From IMG/VR virus record IMGVR_UViG_2864926767_000001: a DNA stretch of 64,000 bases. One strand, written 5' to 3'. Shown here one piece after another: positions 9,684 to 18,617 of the stretch. The notes below the pieces were generated by a model. It made no database searches and was not told the DNA's origin. It saw nothing but the letters and a program-made list of their open reading frames with translations. The stretch's first letter is position 1. Each line of letters opens with the position of its first letter. The position numbers and the translations under genes were made by a program. This stretch comes from a virus.

Positions 9684-10199
9684 TCAGTTCGACAACCCCA
9701 GCTCCTCTCCGAGCTCCGATTTAAGGCGCGCGGCGATGTCCTGGCCCAGCTGCTGCGACAGGGATTCGCTCTGCTCCATTCGGAAGCGCAAGGTTTCTGA
9801 TCCCATGAACACGGACTTTCGGCCTAGCTTGGAGTGATAGAAGGAGTTGAGCTGGTTGATCTCATCAGCGGTCAGGCCGCTAGCGTAGGCCATCACAACC
9901 TTCTGGTTAGCCTGCTTGATGGCGTCGGCTTTGGACATGTAGGCCTCGTAAACAATCTGTTCGGCCCTGACGTACACCTGCTCGGGCTTGCCGGCGAAGC
10001 GCCTACGAACCTCCTGGCCATTTGCTTTTGCTGCTTGCCGCGCCAGTTGCTCGGGAGACTGCGCCAGGCCTGACGCCTGCAGCAGCTCATTGATCGCGTC
10101 GATCTTCTCGACAGTGATCTGCTCCGCTTTGGCCTTGGTCGCCAAAGCCATGTAACAGATGGCCGTCATTGCGACGGCCATGCGTATCATCTTTCTCAT
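9684..10199 (-). CDS. Secreted DUF2059-like protein
   Basis: Signal peptide; YASGLTADEINQLNSFYHSKLGRK resembles the DUF2059 motif (Y...T..E...L..FY.S..G.K). Confidence 0.65.
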   Translation of the reverse strand: MRKMIRMAVAMTAICYMALATKAKAEQITVEKIDAINELLQASGLAQSPEQLARQAAKANGQEVRRRFAGKPEQVYVRAEQIVYEAYMSKADAIKQANQKVVMAYASGLTADEINQLNSFYHSKLGRKSVFMGSETLRFRMEQSESLSQQLGQDIAARLKSELGEELGLSN

Positions 10200-10236
10200 T
10201 TCAGTGTCCTTTCAGTGGAGAAGCTTTGGAGAAGCT

Positions 10237-11559
10237 TCAAAAGGCGGGAGTGGCCGGCTCGTATGCGGTCGCGGCCACCAGGGCCTTACCGCTGGGCTTC
10301 ACCGCCTCATCGAGCACATAGGTGCGGTTCAGATCGCGGTCGATCTCCAGCACGTTGCCGAGAGGTTTACCGAAGGTGTGGAAGGTGCTGAGCAGCGTGT
10401 CATTCTTGCTCTCGCCCTTACGCACGTCAGCGTTACGCATAGCGACTGGGGACACCAGGTAGGCGCTCTGCTGCTCGAAGTTCATGTACGGATAGGTGTG
10501 GAACAGTCGATCCACTCCGGACTTAAGCTGTTTGAGCTTGCCTGCCAGGTAGTCCTTCTGGAAGTTGGCATTTCCAACCGGGCCGCAGTTGGTGCGCTGC
10601 GTGGGGATGATCTCGGCTTTCATGCCGTTCCTGACCATGTAGGTGAACCAGGAAGCGTTCTTGGAGAGGAACTCATTCCAAGTCGCCTCCCCGTTGATCA
10701 CCCCACCACCGTTGGTGTAGTTGTACCTGGTGTTCAGGTTCTTGACGCAGGAAAGCTCGACAATACGAGTGCCCCTCTCCTCTCGGTAAGGGCGAATGAT
10801 TACGCCGCCATACATCCCGTCGAACATGTTGGAGTCGAGCAACTCGATGATCTGGCGCCTGGCGTTCGCCTGGTTGACCAAGTCCAGTTCCTCAATGCGC
10901 CGGTACTGGACATCCACACCGATGAACCAGTGTTTCTTGCCCATGGCCAGCAGCTCCCTGGTGAGGTCACTGACCTCCACCTGGATCTGGATCAACGGCA
11001 CCCCATTCACCGAAACCTGCTTGTCTGCGACGGCCTTGGTGACAATGGCGTTGAGCTTCTGCAGGCGAAGCTTTTTCGTGGCGTAGGCTGAATCTGCCGT
11101 CGGGAAGATCGTGTTGATCTCTAGGTAGCCCGTGCAGATCTTGGGCTTCTTCAGCTTGGGGTTGGTTTTCGACTTAAGCACCGACATCCAGGTGGCTTTG
11201 AGGACATTGTTGTCCTTGTCGATGAACTCGACCTGCTCGGCGACAAAGGCCCCGCCAGACACGGTGCCGGGGGCGTTGTCGTCCGTGGCGAAGCACGGAT
11301 TCTTCGCGCGGTCGTCATCATCAGCCAGGTCTTCAAGGCTGGGGACGGTCTTGTCAGCACGGTTCTTGGCTTCATCGATGAAGCGTTGCGGAACCTCAAG
11401 AGTCAGCTTGAACGGAGCGCCAGCCTGATCAACGCCCAGCATGACGCAATCCTGAGGGGTCTTCCCGATCTGGTAGCTGCGGGGGTAACCCACGAAACCA
11501 GTCGTCAGGCCCTGCTTCAAGGCTTCGATACTGCCAAGTGGCGGTTTCATGTCGAGCAC
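10237..11559 (-). CDS. Hypothetical protein, paralog of 36607..38487
   Basis: 440-aa ORF; its N-terminal ~110 aa aligns by eye with 36607..38487 (PRSY, PS...AKN.C.A...N, A.W..VL). Confidence 0.8.
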   Translation of the reverse strand: MLDMKPPLGSIEALKQGLTTGFVGYPRSYQIGKTPQDCVMLGVDQAGAPFKLTLEVPQRFIDEAKNRADKTVPSLEDLADDDDRAKNPCFATDDNAPGTVSGGAFVAEQVEFIDKDNNVLKATWMSVLKSKTNPKLKKPKICTGYLEINTIFPTADSAYATKKLRLQKLNAIVTKAVADKQVSVNGVPLIQIQVEVSDLTRELLAMGKKHWFIGVDVQYRRIEELDLVNQANARRQIIELLDSNMFDGMYGGVIIRPYREERGTRIVELSCVKNLNTRYNYTNGGGVINGEATWNEFLSKNASWFTYMVRNGMKAEIIPTQRTNCGPVGNANFQKDYLAGKLKQLKSGVDRLFHTYPYMNFEQQSAYLVSPVAMRNADVRKGESKNDTLLSTFHTFGKPLGNVLEIDRDLNRTYVLDEAVKPSGKALVAATAYEPATPAF

Positions 11560-11779
11560 TCCGTAGAATCACAATTATCTAAGTATTGCACGCGATCTTC
11601 GGACTGAACAAACGCTAAACCCTGTTTCCATGCGGATTTACCGATAAATTGCCAGGCTGTACCTGGGATCACGGTAAACGGACGGCCCGACCGCACCGGG
11701 CGTTCCCAGGATCACGGTTAGAGCGTCTCGGAATGTACCTCTAATCCCGGTCTGCCCCTTCCCTGGGGCGGCTCAGCTG

Positions 11780-14308
11780 TCAGTCCTCGGTACGAATGCG
11801 CGCCATACGCGCCAGCATCTGCTCTAGGGCATCGGAAACGCCCTCTGCAGTGAGTTTGTTCGGCTGAGGGTCTACCGGGTAGTTGATCGTCTCATCGATG
11901 ATCTCAAGCCCCCTGCGAGCCTCCTCCATGGCTTCCAGCTCACTACGGCCGGCTGCCTTCTCAATCTCAAGCAGTTGCTTGATCGGCATGGCACGGTCTT
12001 TCTGGTCTGCCGACAACACCTCGGGATAGACCTTGAAGCTCTCTTTCACCGAGTCGCTCATCAAGTCGCTGAGTGACTTGAAGACATCGTCCGCCTCGTC
12101 GAGGATCGATGTGTCGTACTCCTCATCATCCTCCTCGTGGAGGAATGGGAGGTTCCCGAGCACTGTGTCCATCTCCTGGTCATAGCGCTTGGCGGACGGC
12201 CTTGCCGGCGGCAAATCGTCATCCGAGTCGTCTTCCATGATGGGTGCCTGACGCGGCGCCGGGCGTACTGCCGGCGCTGCTGAGACCCCGTTCGCTCTGC
12301 CCTTCAGAGAGGCGACGAACTCATCGTCCAGCAGCTTTTCCTTGTGCTCCATCATGCCAAACGCGATCTTGGCCGCCATGTCTGGCTCCTGAGCCCTGGA
12401 CACAGCCACGTCGTAGGCGTTGAACAAGGCCTGCAGGTTCCTGTCCAGGTCGACGGGCTTGGATCGGCGGCTATCAGCCTGGCTGTCATCGAACAGCTTG
12501 GTGATGTTGTTCCTCGAATCACGGAGCGTTTTGACCATGTCTCGGCTTGGGCCGTTGACCATCAGCATCCGATTGATACGGTACTCAGGCGATTTCTCCG
12601 GGTCAGTGAAGTACAGGCTCACCCTGGCCAGCTTGTCGCCGAAGATGACGTGGGCCTGGCCTGGCTTCTGGTCAACCAGGTCGCGGACGTTGATCCGTTT
12701 TTTACGCTCGGACTTCGACTGGTTATTATCCGCATATCCAGGGAACATCCCTTTCGAAACCTCGTAACCAGCCGAACTTGCTGTTTCGGCTTCACCAGCA
12801 CGCTCGATTGCCAAGTCCAAAGTTTCTTTGGCATCTTCAAGTTTCATGAAGATTTTAATGTTGGTGTTTGCAACAATGGATTTGGCTTCTTTTTCATCTG
12901 AGCGCTGGAAGGATGGGAAGTCCTGGCCAGCGAAAACAACAGAAATACCAAGGCTTCGGGCCTGGGCCGCAACAACCGAGAAGCCCTTGACGCTGTAGTA
13001 GCCGTATTCATCAAGTATTAGCATGAAGGGTACGTCAGAGTTTGTCGGCTTAGCGTCGATTACTTCTGCGTGAGAACCTTCTACTTTTTCACCAAGTGCA
13101 GGTGCAAGTGCACTTCGAACACCGGCCACAACCAACTTTCCGAGACCTGCTAGTGCGTCCGGCTCTTTCTCGAGGGCCGGCAACATAACAAATAGGATTC
13201 GGCGATTGTAAACAAGGTCTTTGTAGTCCACCTCCCCTCTCGGTGCATTGAAGATGTGAGAGTAAGTTGCAGACAATTCTTGCAGCACCTCGGTTAGCTG
13301 CATTGTCAAATAGTTGTGTTGTTCGTAACACTTGGCGTTAAGTTCGCCTTGGCGTGCTTCTTTCTCCTGGTAACCAGGAAGTTCGAGGAGATACTTATTA
13401 AGAAGAGAGATATTTTTCTCTGGAATATCTGCGCGCTGAGTTAGGTCTAGAATCCTATCCAAAGGCATGTTGTCACGCAGTACACCAACGTCCAAGTTGA
13501 TCTCGCCAGTGTCTCTCAGATACACCAGGCAATCGAGCAAAGCCAGCAGCAGCGCGTTCGCGCGGCCTTTCCACATGTCGTCGCCGCCCCCGTCGCGCAT
13601 CAGCGATGCAACAAGGGACTGAATTTGTTTCGCAGGGCCTAGGGCAAACGGGTTAGTTGTGTTGGAAAGCCGCGAACCATCATTAATGCTCTTGTCTGTT
13701 TTGGAGCCTGTTAGATAGTTGATTACAAGTAGATCGTCCTCTCGACCAAGCCTTCTGACCATCGAGAAAACGAGGCCGAAGACGGTAGTATCCCCCTTCC
13801 CGTCTACATACATTACGCCAGACCCGAGAACCAGTGCCTGGTAGAAAAGAGATAGCAGGAAGCGGGTTTTCCCCGAGCCTGTCGAGCCAAATACCAGCAT
13901 ATGGGTACGAGCATCGTCGTTGCTCACCCAGAACGATTCGTTAGTTACCAGATCATTGCCGATCAGAATGATGCCGTCACCAATCGGAACGCTCTTGTAT
14001 TTGTCCTTTCCTTTCTTACCTTTCACGCGGACTTGTTTGGTCTCTAGTGGGTTGAAAGGATGGCGATGCGGGTACTTCCTGACGTGCCGCTTGGCGTACA
14101 GGTAGGCCATGAGCGCGACGAGAATGAATATGTCGCTAGAGGTGGCGTAAGGACTGAACGGAAGTACGAAAGCCATAAATCCAAGGAAGCAGACAACGAA
14201 GCCGCCGATCTCAGCAAAGAGGCTCCTGATTCTGTACTTCAGCGGCCTGATCTCACGCTGCAAAAGTGTGGGGTCGAGGTCAGCGTTTTTCGTTACGCCA
14301 TGTACCAT
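11780..14308 (-). CDS. dotL: Type IVB secretion coupling ATPase DotL/IcmO (TrbC-like)
   Basis: N-terminal LDPTLLQR as in IcmO, TM segments, RTHMLVFGSTGSGKT, YVDGKGD, ILDEYGYY, AQARSLG, FAGQD, ANTNIKIFMKLED. Confidence 0.92.
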   Translation of the reverse strand: MVHGVTKNADLDPTLLQREIRPLKYRIRSLFAEIGGFVVCFLGFMAFVLPFSPYATSSDIFILVALMAYLYAKRHVRKYPHRHPFNPLETKQVRVKGKKGKDKYKSVPIGDGIILIGNDLVTNESFWVSNDDARTHMLVFGSTGSGKTRFLLSLFYQALVLGSGVMYVDGKGDTTVFGLVFSMVRRLGREDDLLVINYLTGSKTDKSINDGSRLSNTTNPFALGPAKQIQSLVASLMRDGGGDDMWKGRANALLLALLDCLVYLRDTGEINLDVGVLRDNMPLDRILDLTQRADIPEKNISLLNKYLLELPGYQEKEARQGELNAKCYEQHNYLTMQLTEVLQELSATYSHIFNAPRGEVDYKDLVYNRRILFVMLPALEKEPDALAGLGKLVVAGVRSALAPALGEKVEGSHAEVIDAKPTNSDVPFMLILDEYGYYSVKGFSVVAAQARSLGISVVFAGQDFPSFQRSDEKEAKSIVANTNIKIFMKLEDAKETLDLAIERAGEAETASSAGYEVSKGMFPGYADNNQSKSERKKRINVRDLVDQKPGQAHVIFGDKLARVSLYFTDPEKSPEYRINRMLMVNGPSRDMVKTLRDSRNNITKLFDDSQADSRRSKPVDLDRNLQALFNAYDVAVSRAQEPDMAAKIAFGMMEHKEKLLDDEFVASLKGRANGVSAAPAVRPAPRQAPIMEDDSDDDLPPARPSAKRYDQEMDTVLGNLPFLHEEDDEEYDTSILDEADDVFKSLSDLMSDSVKESFKVYPEVLSADQKDRAMPIKQLLEIEKAAGRSELEAMEEARRGLEIIDETINYPVDPQPNKLTAEGVSDALEQMLARMARIRTED

Positions 14309-14346
14309 GTGTCACCGTTTCTTATTGTTCTTATTGGTGGCGCTAA

Positions 14347-14748
14347 TCAGTTTTTCGTGACCCAGCCAAATTCGTTGCACAAGAAGGCATGCTTCTCGTA
14401 GTACTTGATCGGAATCTCGGCGGAGAGGTCTTCCAGGTTGATCTCCGGGTACAGGGCCTTCAGGTAACGGCGCACGCGCGGCTCGGTTCGTTCGTCGCAA
14501 CGACCTTCAGCCAAGTGCTTGATCATCCTGTCCAAGACAAGCCAGTCCCTGACCATTTCTACGGTCAGCATCACGCCCTGCTCGGCAGCCTGCTGGTAAG
14601 CCATGGCCAGGGAAGCTTCCACCAGGCGAATCATGGCCAGCCTCCACCTGAACTCATCCAAAGGCGGTAGCCAGTCGCTGAAGGCCGCGATCACCTCGCC
14701 GAAGTGCCTCCGGACGAAAATGTCCTGGGTGAACGGTGGCGCTCTCAT
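14347..14748 (-). CDS. Stand-alone protein resembling the DotL all-alpha domain
   Basis: ATGA-coupled to dotM. W...L.V..VRD.L.LDR....YL..L....K.YE.H..L pattern is shared with DotL residues encoded at ~13295-13575. Confidence 0.7.
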   Translation of the reverse strand: MRAPPFTQDIFVRRHFGEVIAAFSDWLPPLDEFRWRLAMIRLVEASLAMAYQQAAEQGVMLTVEMVRDWLVLDRMIKHLAEGRCDERTEPRVRRYLKALYPEINLEDLSAEIPIKYYEKHAFLCNEFGWVTKN

Positions 14749-16088
14749 ATGCCCATCTCCCACATGTCGTCCGAGTGATCCTGGGTTTGCCCTTCCCTCG
14801 CCGTCAGACCCAGCGCAACGCGCAGCCCTTCAATCGCTTCGGTGGTCTCTGGGTAGGGCACTGCAAAGCCGCACTCGGTTTCAAGCAGCCAATGGGCCCA
14901 AGTGCCCGAGGACTCCGTATACGCCGTTTTCTTGCCCACGTTGCTGATGGCGTACCAGAGAGGCCTGTTACGACCTTTGAGCCAGCGCAGGATGAGAGGT
15001 GGCAGAGTGGCACCCTCCCGTGCGGCCTCCAGGAGCGTCATAAGGCCGGTCGACACGAAGGCATGCTTGGAGAGCTTCTCGTCGGCAACCACCTGCTGCA
15101 GCACCCCTTTGAGCGAAGGACTGGCACAAAGAGAGCGGGCAACCGAGTCCGTTGGGCGCCAATCAGACTTGGCATCCATCTGCTCCTTCACGAAAGCCAT
15201 GAGCTTGTCGGCCAGGGCCTTGTGAGAAATATCCTGAGTCTTGTAGCGGAATCGGCTGGGTTGTTTCTTACCTGCGCGGCGAGCCTTCTCGATCATGTAA
15301 GCCTGTTTCAGGTAATCCTGGACGTATGGAAGCACTTCATCACGCTTCACCAGGATCTTGTCGATCAGCAGGTCGGTGATGCGCTTGGCGTCTTCGTCGA
15401 GGTTGTTGTAGCCGGCGTACATGGGGCCGAGTTGACTGTCGAAAGCCTTGCGCGCCAGTTCTTCATCGAACGCACCGGTCTCCTGCACCCAGATTGGGCG
15501 ATTGAGGCGCTTATCCTTGAGTGCGGCATTGGCCAGGCCAACCGGAGGAACACAGGTGGCGAACTGGCGCTCACCCATAGCCATCGAGTACTCGTAGGTG
15601 TCCGGGTCGTCCGGGTAGAAGTCGAGGGGCGTCTTCTCGGGGTGCTTGCCGATGAAGTCTTTTACGTGCTTAAAGCCGGGCGCCATCTTCGGCAGGATGT
15701 TCTCCATGTTCCAGCCCGAGAACGCGATATCACCACCCTGGATGTGAAGCTTGAAGCCATAGAAGCAGATGATGAGCCCCGGCAGCCAGTTGAAGAAGCA
15801 GAGGTAGAGGTTGTCGAACTTGCTGATAATCTCAGCCGTGAGGATGTCCGGGTCTGAGGTGAGTAGGAAGCGCAGGCCGGCCTCGAAGTCGAAGCCGATC
15901 AGATGCTCCACCGAGTCCGGGATCAGGAAGGCGAAGAAACCCACCTCCAAGACGCGGAGCCACTTCCAGAAGGTCGCGTAAACCCAGAAGATCTGGCTCA
16001 GGCCCCAGATAGCCAGCAGAACGACGATGATCAGGATGATCCCGACGTTCTCCAGGTTTGAGTCCTGCCCACCACCACCTTTAGCCAT
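14745..16088 (-). CDS. dotM: Type IVB coupling-complex protein DotM/IcmP (TrbA-like)
   Basis: N-terminal TM helices; C-terminal KHAFVST..LLEAAR..LP....WLK...R.LWYA..NVG....E..G..AHW..E signature. Confidence 0.88.
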   Translation of the reverse strand: MAKGGGGQDSNLENVGIILIIVVLLAIWGLSQIFWVYATFWKWLRVLEVGFFAFLIPDSVEHLIGFDFEAGLRFLLTSDPDILTAEIISKFDNLYLCFFNWLPGLIICFYGFKLHIQGGDIAFSGWNMENILPKMAPGFKHVKDFIGKHPEKTPLDFYPDDPDTYEYSMAMGERQFATCVPPVGLANAALKDKRLNRPIWVQETGAFDEELARKAFDSQLGPMYAGYNNLDEDAKRITDLLIDKILVKRDEVLPYVQDYLKQAYMIEKARRAGKKQPSRFRYKTQDISHKALADKLMAFVKEQMDAKSDWRPTDSVARSLCASPSLKGVLQQVVADEKLSKHAFVSTGLMTLLEAAREGATLPPLILRWLKGRNRPLWYAISNVGKKTAYTESSGTWAHWLLETECGFAVPYPETTEAIEGLRVALGLTAREGQTQDHSDDMWEMGI

Positions 16089-16092
16089 TCAC

Positions 16093-16644
16093 CTAGTCCC
16101 CTGACTGCTGACGCAACCACGCCAGCGTGTTCGATTCGTCGTAGTCATCGACGTGTTGTTCTTCTTCTGGCCCGAACAGCGATCCCTCGCTCAAGGTCAC
16201 CGTGTTTTCGGGTACGACCGGCTCATTTACCTCGAAAATGCGGCCTTCAATCACACTTGCTTGTTCCATCGGAGTAATCGAAGCTTGTGAAGGCCTCTCC
16301 CAGCCCTTTCCTGGGCCTGTCTCAACTTTCTGCGGCTGCGCCACTGCTTTTGCTGTCGATGGCCTCGGTGGCGCTTCTGGAGGCCTTCCTGGCCCTACTT
16401 CACGTGCTGACTTCGGCTTCACCTTGCCCCTAAGGTCTTCCAGGCGCCTGAGATCCGGGTTTCGTGCCCGGATGAACGCTTCCTCACCGCCCTCCTGCCT
16501 TGCCATAACCCTGAAACCGATCAGGGCCATCTGCGCCAGCTCCATCGATTGCCGGGTGCGCCCTTCGATGCCTTCAAGATGGAGGATCAATTCCAGGTGC
16601 AGCGGGTCTTCGTCGTAGAGGTTTACAACCCTCCGGTGTCTCAT
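16093..16644 (-). CDS. Putative ParR/StbB-like adaptor
   Basis: ATGA-coupled directly downstream of parM; compact N-terminal beta-alpha-alpha-like segment, then a disordered acidic tail. Confidence 0.55.
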   Translation of the reverse strand: MRHRRVVNLYDEDPLHLELILHLEGIEGRTRQSMELAQMALIGFRVMARQEGGEEAFIRARNPDLRRLEDLRGKVKPKSAREVGPGRPPEAPPRPSTAKAVAQPQKVETGPGKGWERPSQASITPMEQASVIEGRIFEVNEPVVPENTVTLSEGSLFGPEEEQHVDDYDESNTLAWLRQQSGD

Positions 16645-17660
16645 GCCGCTACGCCACCCATCTTGTATTCCGCGAACTTCAGCATCCCCAGGGCGTTCTC
16701 GAAGACAGGGTCTTCGGCCATCACCTGGTTTCTGAACCACCCCTGCAGGTAACGCTCCAGGTACTGGCTGGTGCCGCCCAGGAATGTCACTTGCTCGATG
16801 TCATGCGACTTCTGCAGACACGACTTGATCGTCGAGCGGATCTTGTTCACCACAGCCTTGTTTGCCTCTTCGACCAAGGCGCGGACGTCATGGGTCTCAC
16901 CCCACAGGCGAATCAGACCAGTACGCAGGGCCTCATCGACCTGCTCGTCAGTTACCTCGATGCCTTCGAAGCGGTGGAATAGACGCTCTCGAATGTCCTT
17001 TACGATGTTGATCATCCCGATGTCTTCGGTCGTGGAGCGGTCACCGTCGAGCTCCCAGTCACGGATCACGGCGATGTCCAGCGTGCGGCCGCCGATATCG
17101 ATCAGGGCCATGCGGCGCTTCACGCGCTCCTTGTCGAAGTCCAGCTTTCCTGATGGCTGGCGAACCAGAATCTGGTTTACCCAGGCAGCGATGCCTTCGG
17201 ACATAACATCGTGCCGGGAAATAATTGGCGGGATATATCCATCAGCGCCGGCAACATCCCCTTTCATGAGGTTTTTGCGCTTCCTGGAAATTACCGCCTT
17301 ATTTGGCGTATTCCCTATGTAATAACGCTTCAGCGGAAGTCCGGATACACCATGAATTTCAACATTGCTGGGCAGGTCGAACTGGCGCAGTGCGTGGGCC
17401 ACGATGACCCTGTTCTGAGCGCTGAACGGATACTCGTCGTAAGCCGTGAACTCGGAGGTGCCGATGTCACCGACCGTGAAGGGCCCGTCCTCTGTGTTGT
17501 ACACCCAGTTGCCGCTGGTGGAGCCGCTGATGGAAATCTTGTTGAAGACACCGCTGGCCGCGCGCGACGGGATGACGAGCCTGGAACCATTCGAGAGTAC
17601 GATCTTTGTGTCGCGGTGGCCGTCATCAATACCAGCGAACAATACTTGTTTTTGTTCCAT
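16641..17660 (-). CDS. parM: Actin-like ParM/StbA plasmid segregation ATPase
   Basis: GIDDGHRDTK (phosphate 1), SGLP, SEGIAA, IDIGGRTLD (phosphate 2), FLGG (adenosine), PVFENALG. Confidence 0.9.
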   Translation of the reverse strand: MEQKQVLFAGIDDGHRDTKIVLSNGSRLVIPSRAASGVFNKISISGSTSGNWVYNTEDGPFTVGDIGTSEFTAYDEYPFSAQNRVIVAHALRQFDLPSNVEIHGVSGLPLKRYYIGNTPNKAVISRKRKNLMKGDVAGADGYIPPIISRHDVMSEGIAAWVNQILVRQPSGKLDFDKERVKRRMALIDIGGRTLDIAVIRDWELDGDRSTTEDIGMINIVKDIRERLFHRFEGIEVTDEQVDEALRTGLIRLWGETHDVRALVEEANKAVVNKIRSTIKSCLQKSHDIEQVTFLGGTSQYLERYLQGWFRNQVMAEDPVFENALGMLKFAEYKMGGVAA

Positions 17661-17801
17661 TGACAAACTCTCGAATAAATAAGTCAACGGAAAATATAAA
17701 TCAGCAAGAGTTTGCTTACAATAGAATAACTGCTTGTCGATCTTGTGCTTAGTTATATATTTGGCGTTATTGTGGTTCGCACTTATATTTATCTAGGCAT
17801 T

Positions 17802-17823
17802 AAAAAAGGGGCTTTCGCCCCTT
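17802..17823 (-). terminator. Rho-independent terminator after gmk
   Basis: AAGGGGC-GAAA-GCCCCTTTTTT on the minus strand. Confidence 0.75.
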
Positions 17824-17826
17824 CCT

Positions 17827-18600
17827 TTAGATCTCGTAGACCGAGTCCATCTCTCTGTCCCTGACCTTTGCCGGGAAGACGGCCTGCAGGAACCCCTTGT
17901 CGCTCAAAGTGCCCTGGATTCGACTCAGGATCAGGCCCTTGAGCGTATCCACGTCGGGCCCGGTGTAGTTCAAGTTGGACGGCGACGCGATAGGCTGCAC
18001 CTTCGGAGGCTGGCGGGTGGCCTTGGCTGCCACCAACATGCTCTTGGCCATGTCGTAGCGGCCGGGCTCGTGCAGGTTCTTCAGGGTGAGATCCCAATTC
18101 CAGCGCTGGCCCCAGAGCATTTCCTGGCTCAGCATGACGTGCAGTCGCTCAGCTTCGATGCTGCGGTCGAACTTGCCCTTGAGCATCTCGTCCTCGATGC
18201 GCTTGAAGAAGCGCGCCATGAGGATTTCCTTGTCCGCCTGCAAGAACACCGACATCATCGGCAGCCCCTTCTGAGCGGCAAACTGGCGCAGGCTCTGCAC
18301 GCCAATGGGCTCCAGGACGATCACCGGGGACTTGCCCTCGCCCAGGATGCGCTCGATCTCAAACTTAGGAGTGCCGTAGAAGGCGCCGTGCGACTCCACG
18401 TATTCGATCAGATGACCCTTGTCCACGAACTGCTTGAAGGCCGGCGCATTGACGAAGTGGTAGTGCACACCGTCGATCTCGCCTTCCCTCGGTTTGCGGG
18501 TGGTCATCGTCACTGCCTTGTGGAAGATCTTCTCTTTGAGCAGCTGATCTGCCAGGTGGGTCTTACCACTGGTGCTCATCCCGGACAGCGTGAGAATCAT
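17827..18600 (-). CDS. gmk: Guanylate kinase-like protein with C-terminal extension
   Basis: SGMSTSGKT P-loop, TTRKPREGEIDGVHYHFV, YGTP. Confidence 0.88.
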   Translation of the reverse strand: MILTLSGMSTSGKTHLADQLLKEKIFHKAVTMTTRKPREGEIDGVHYHFVNAPAFKQFVDKGHLIEYVESHGAFYGTPKFEIERILGEGKSPVIVLEPIGVQSLRQFAAQKGLPMMSVFLQADKEILMARFFKRIEDEMLKGKFDRSIEAERLHVMLSQEMLWGQRWNWDLTLKNLHEPGRYDMAKSMLVAAKATRQPPKVQPIASPSNLNYTGPDVDTLKGLILSRIQGTLSDKGFLQAVFPAKVRDREMDSVYEI

Positions 18601-18617
18601 GTCGTTACCCTCTGTGC

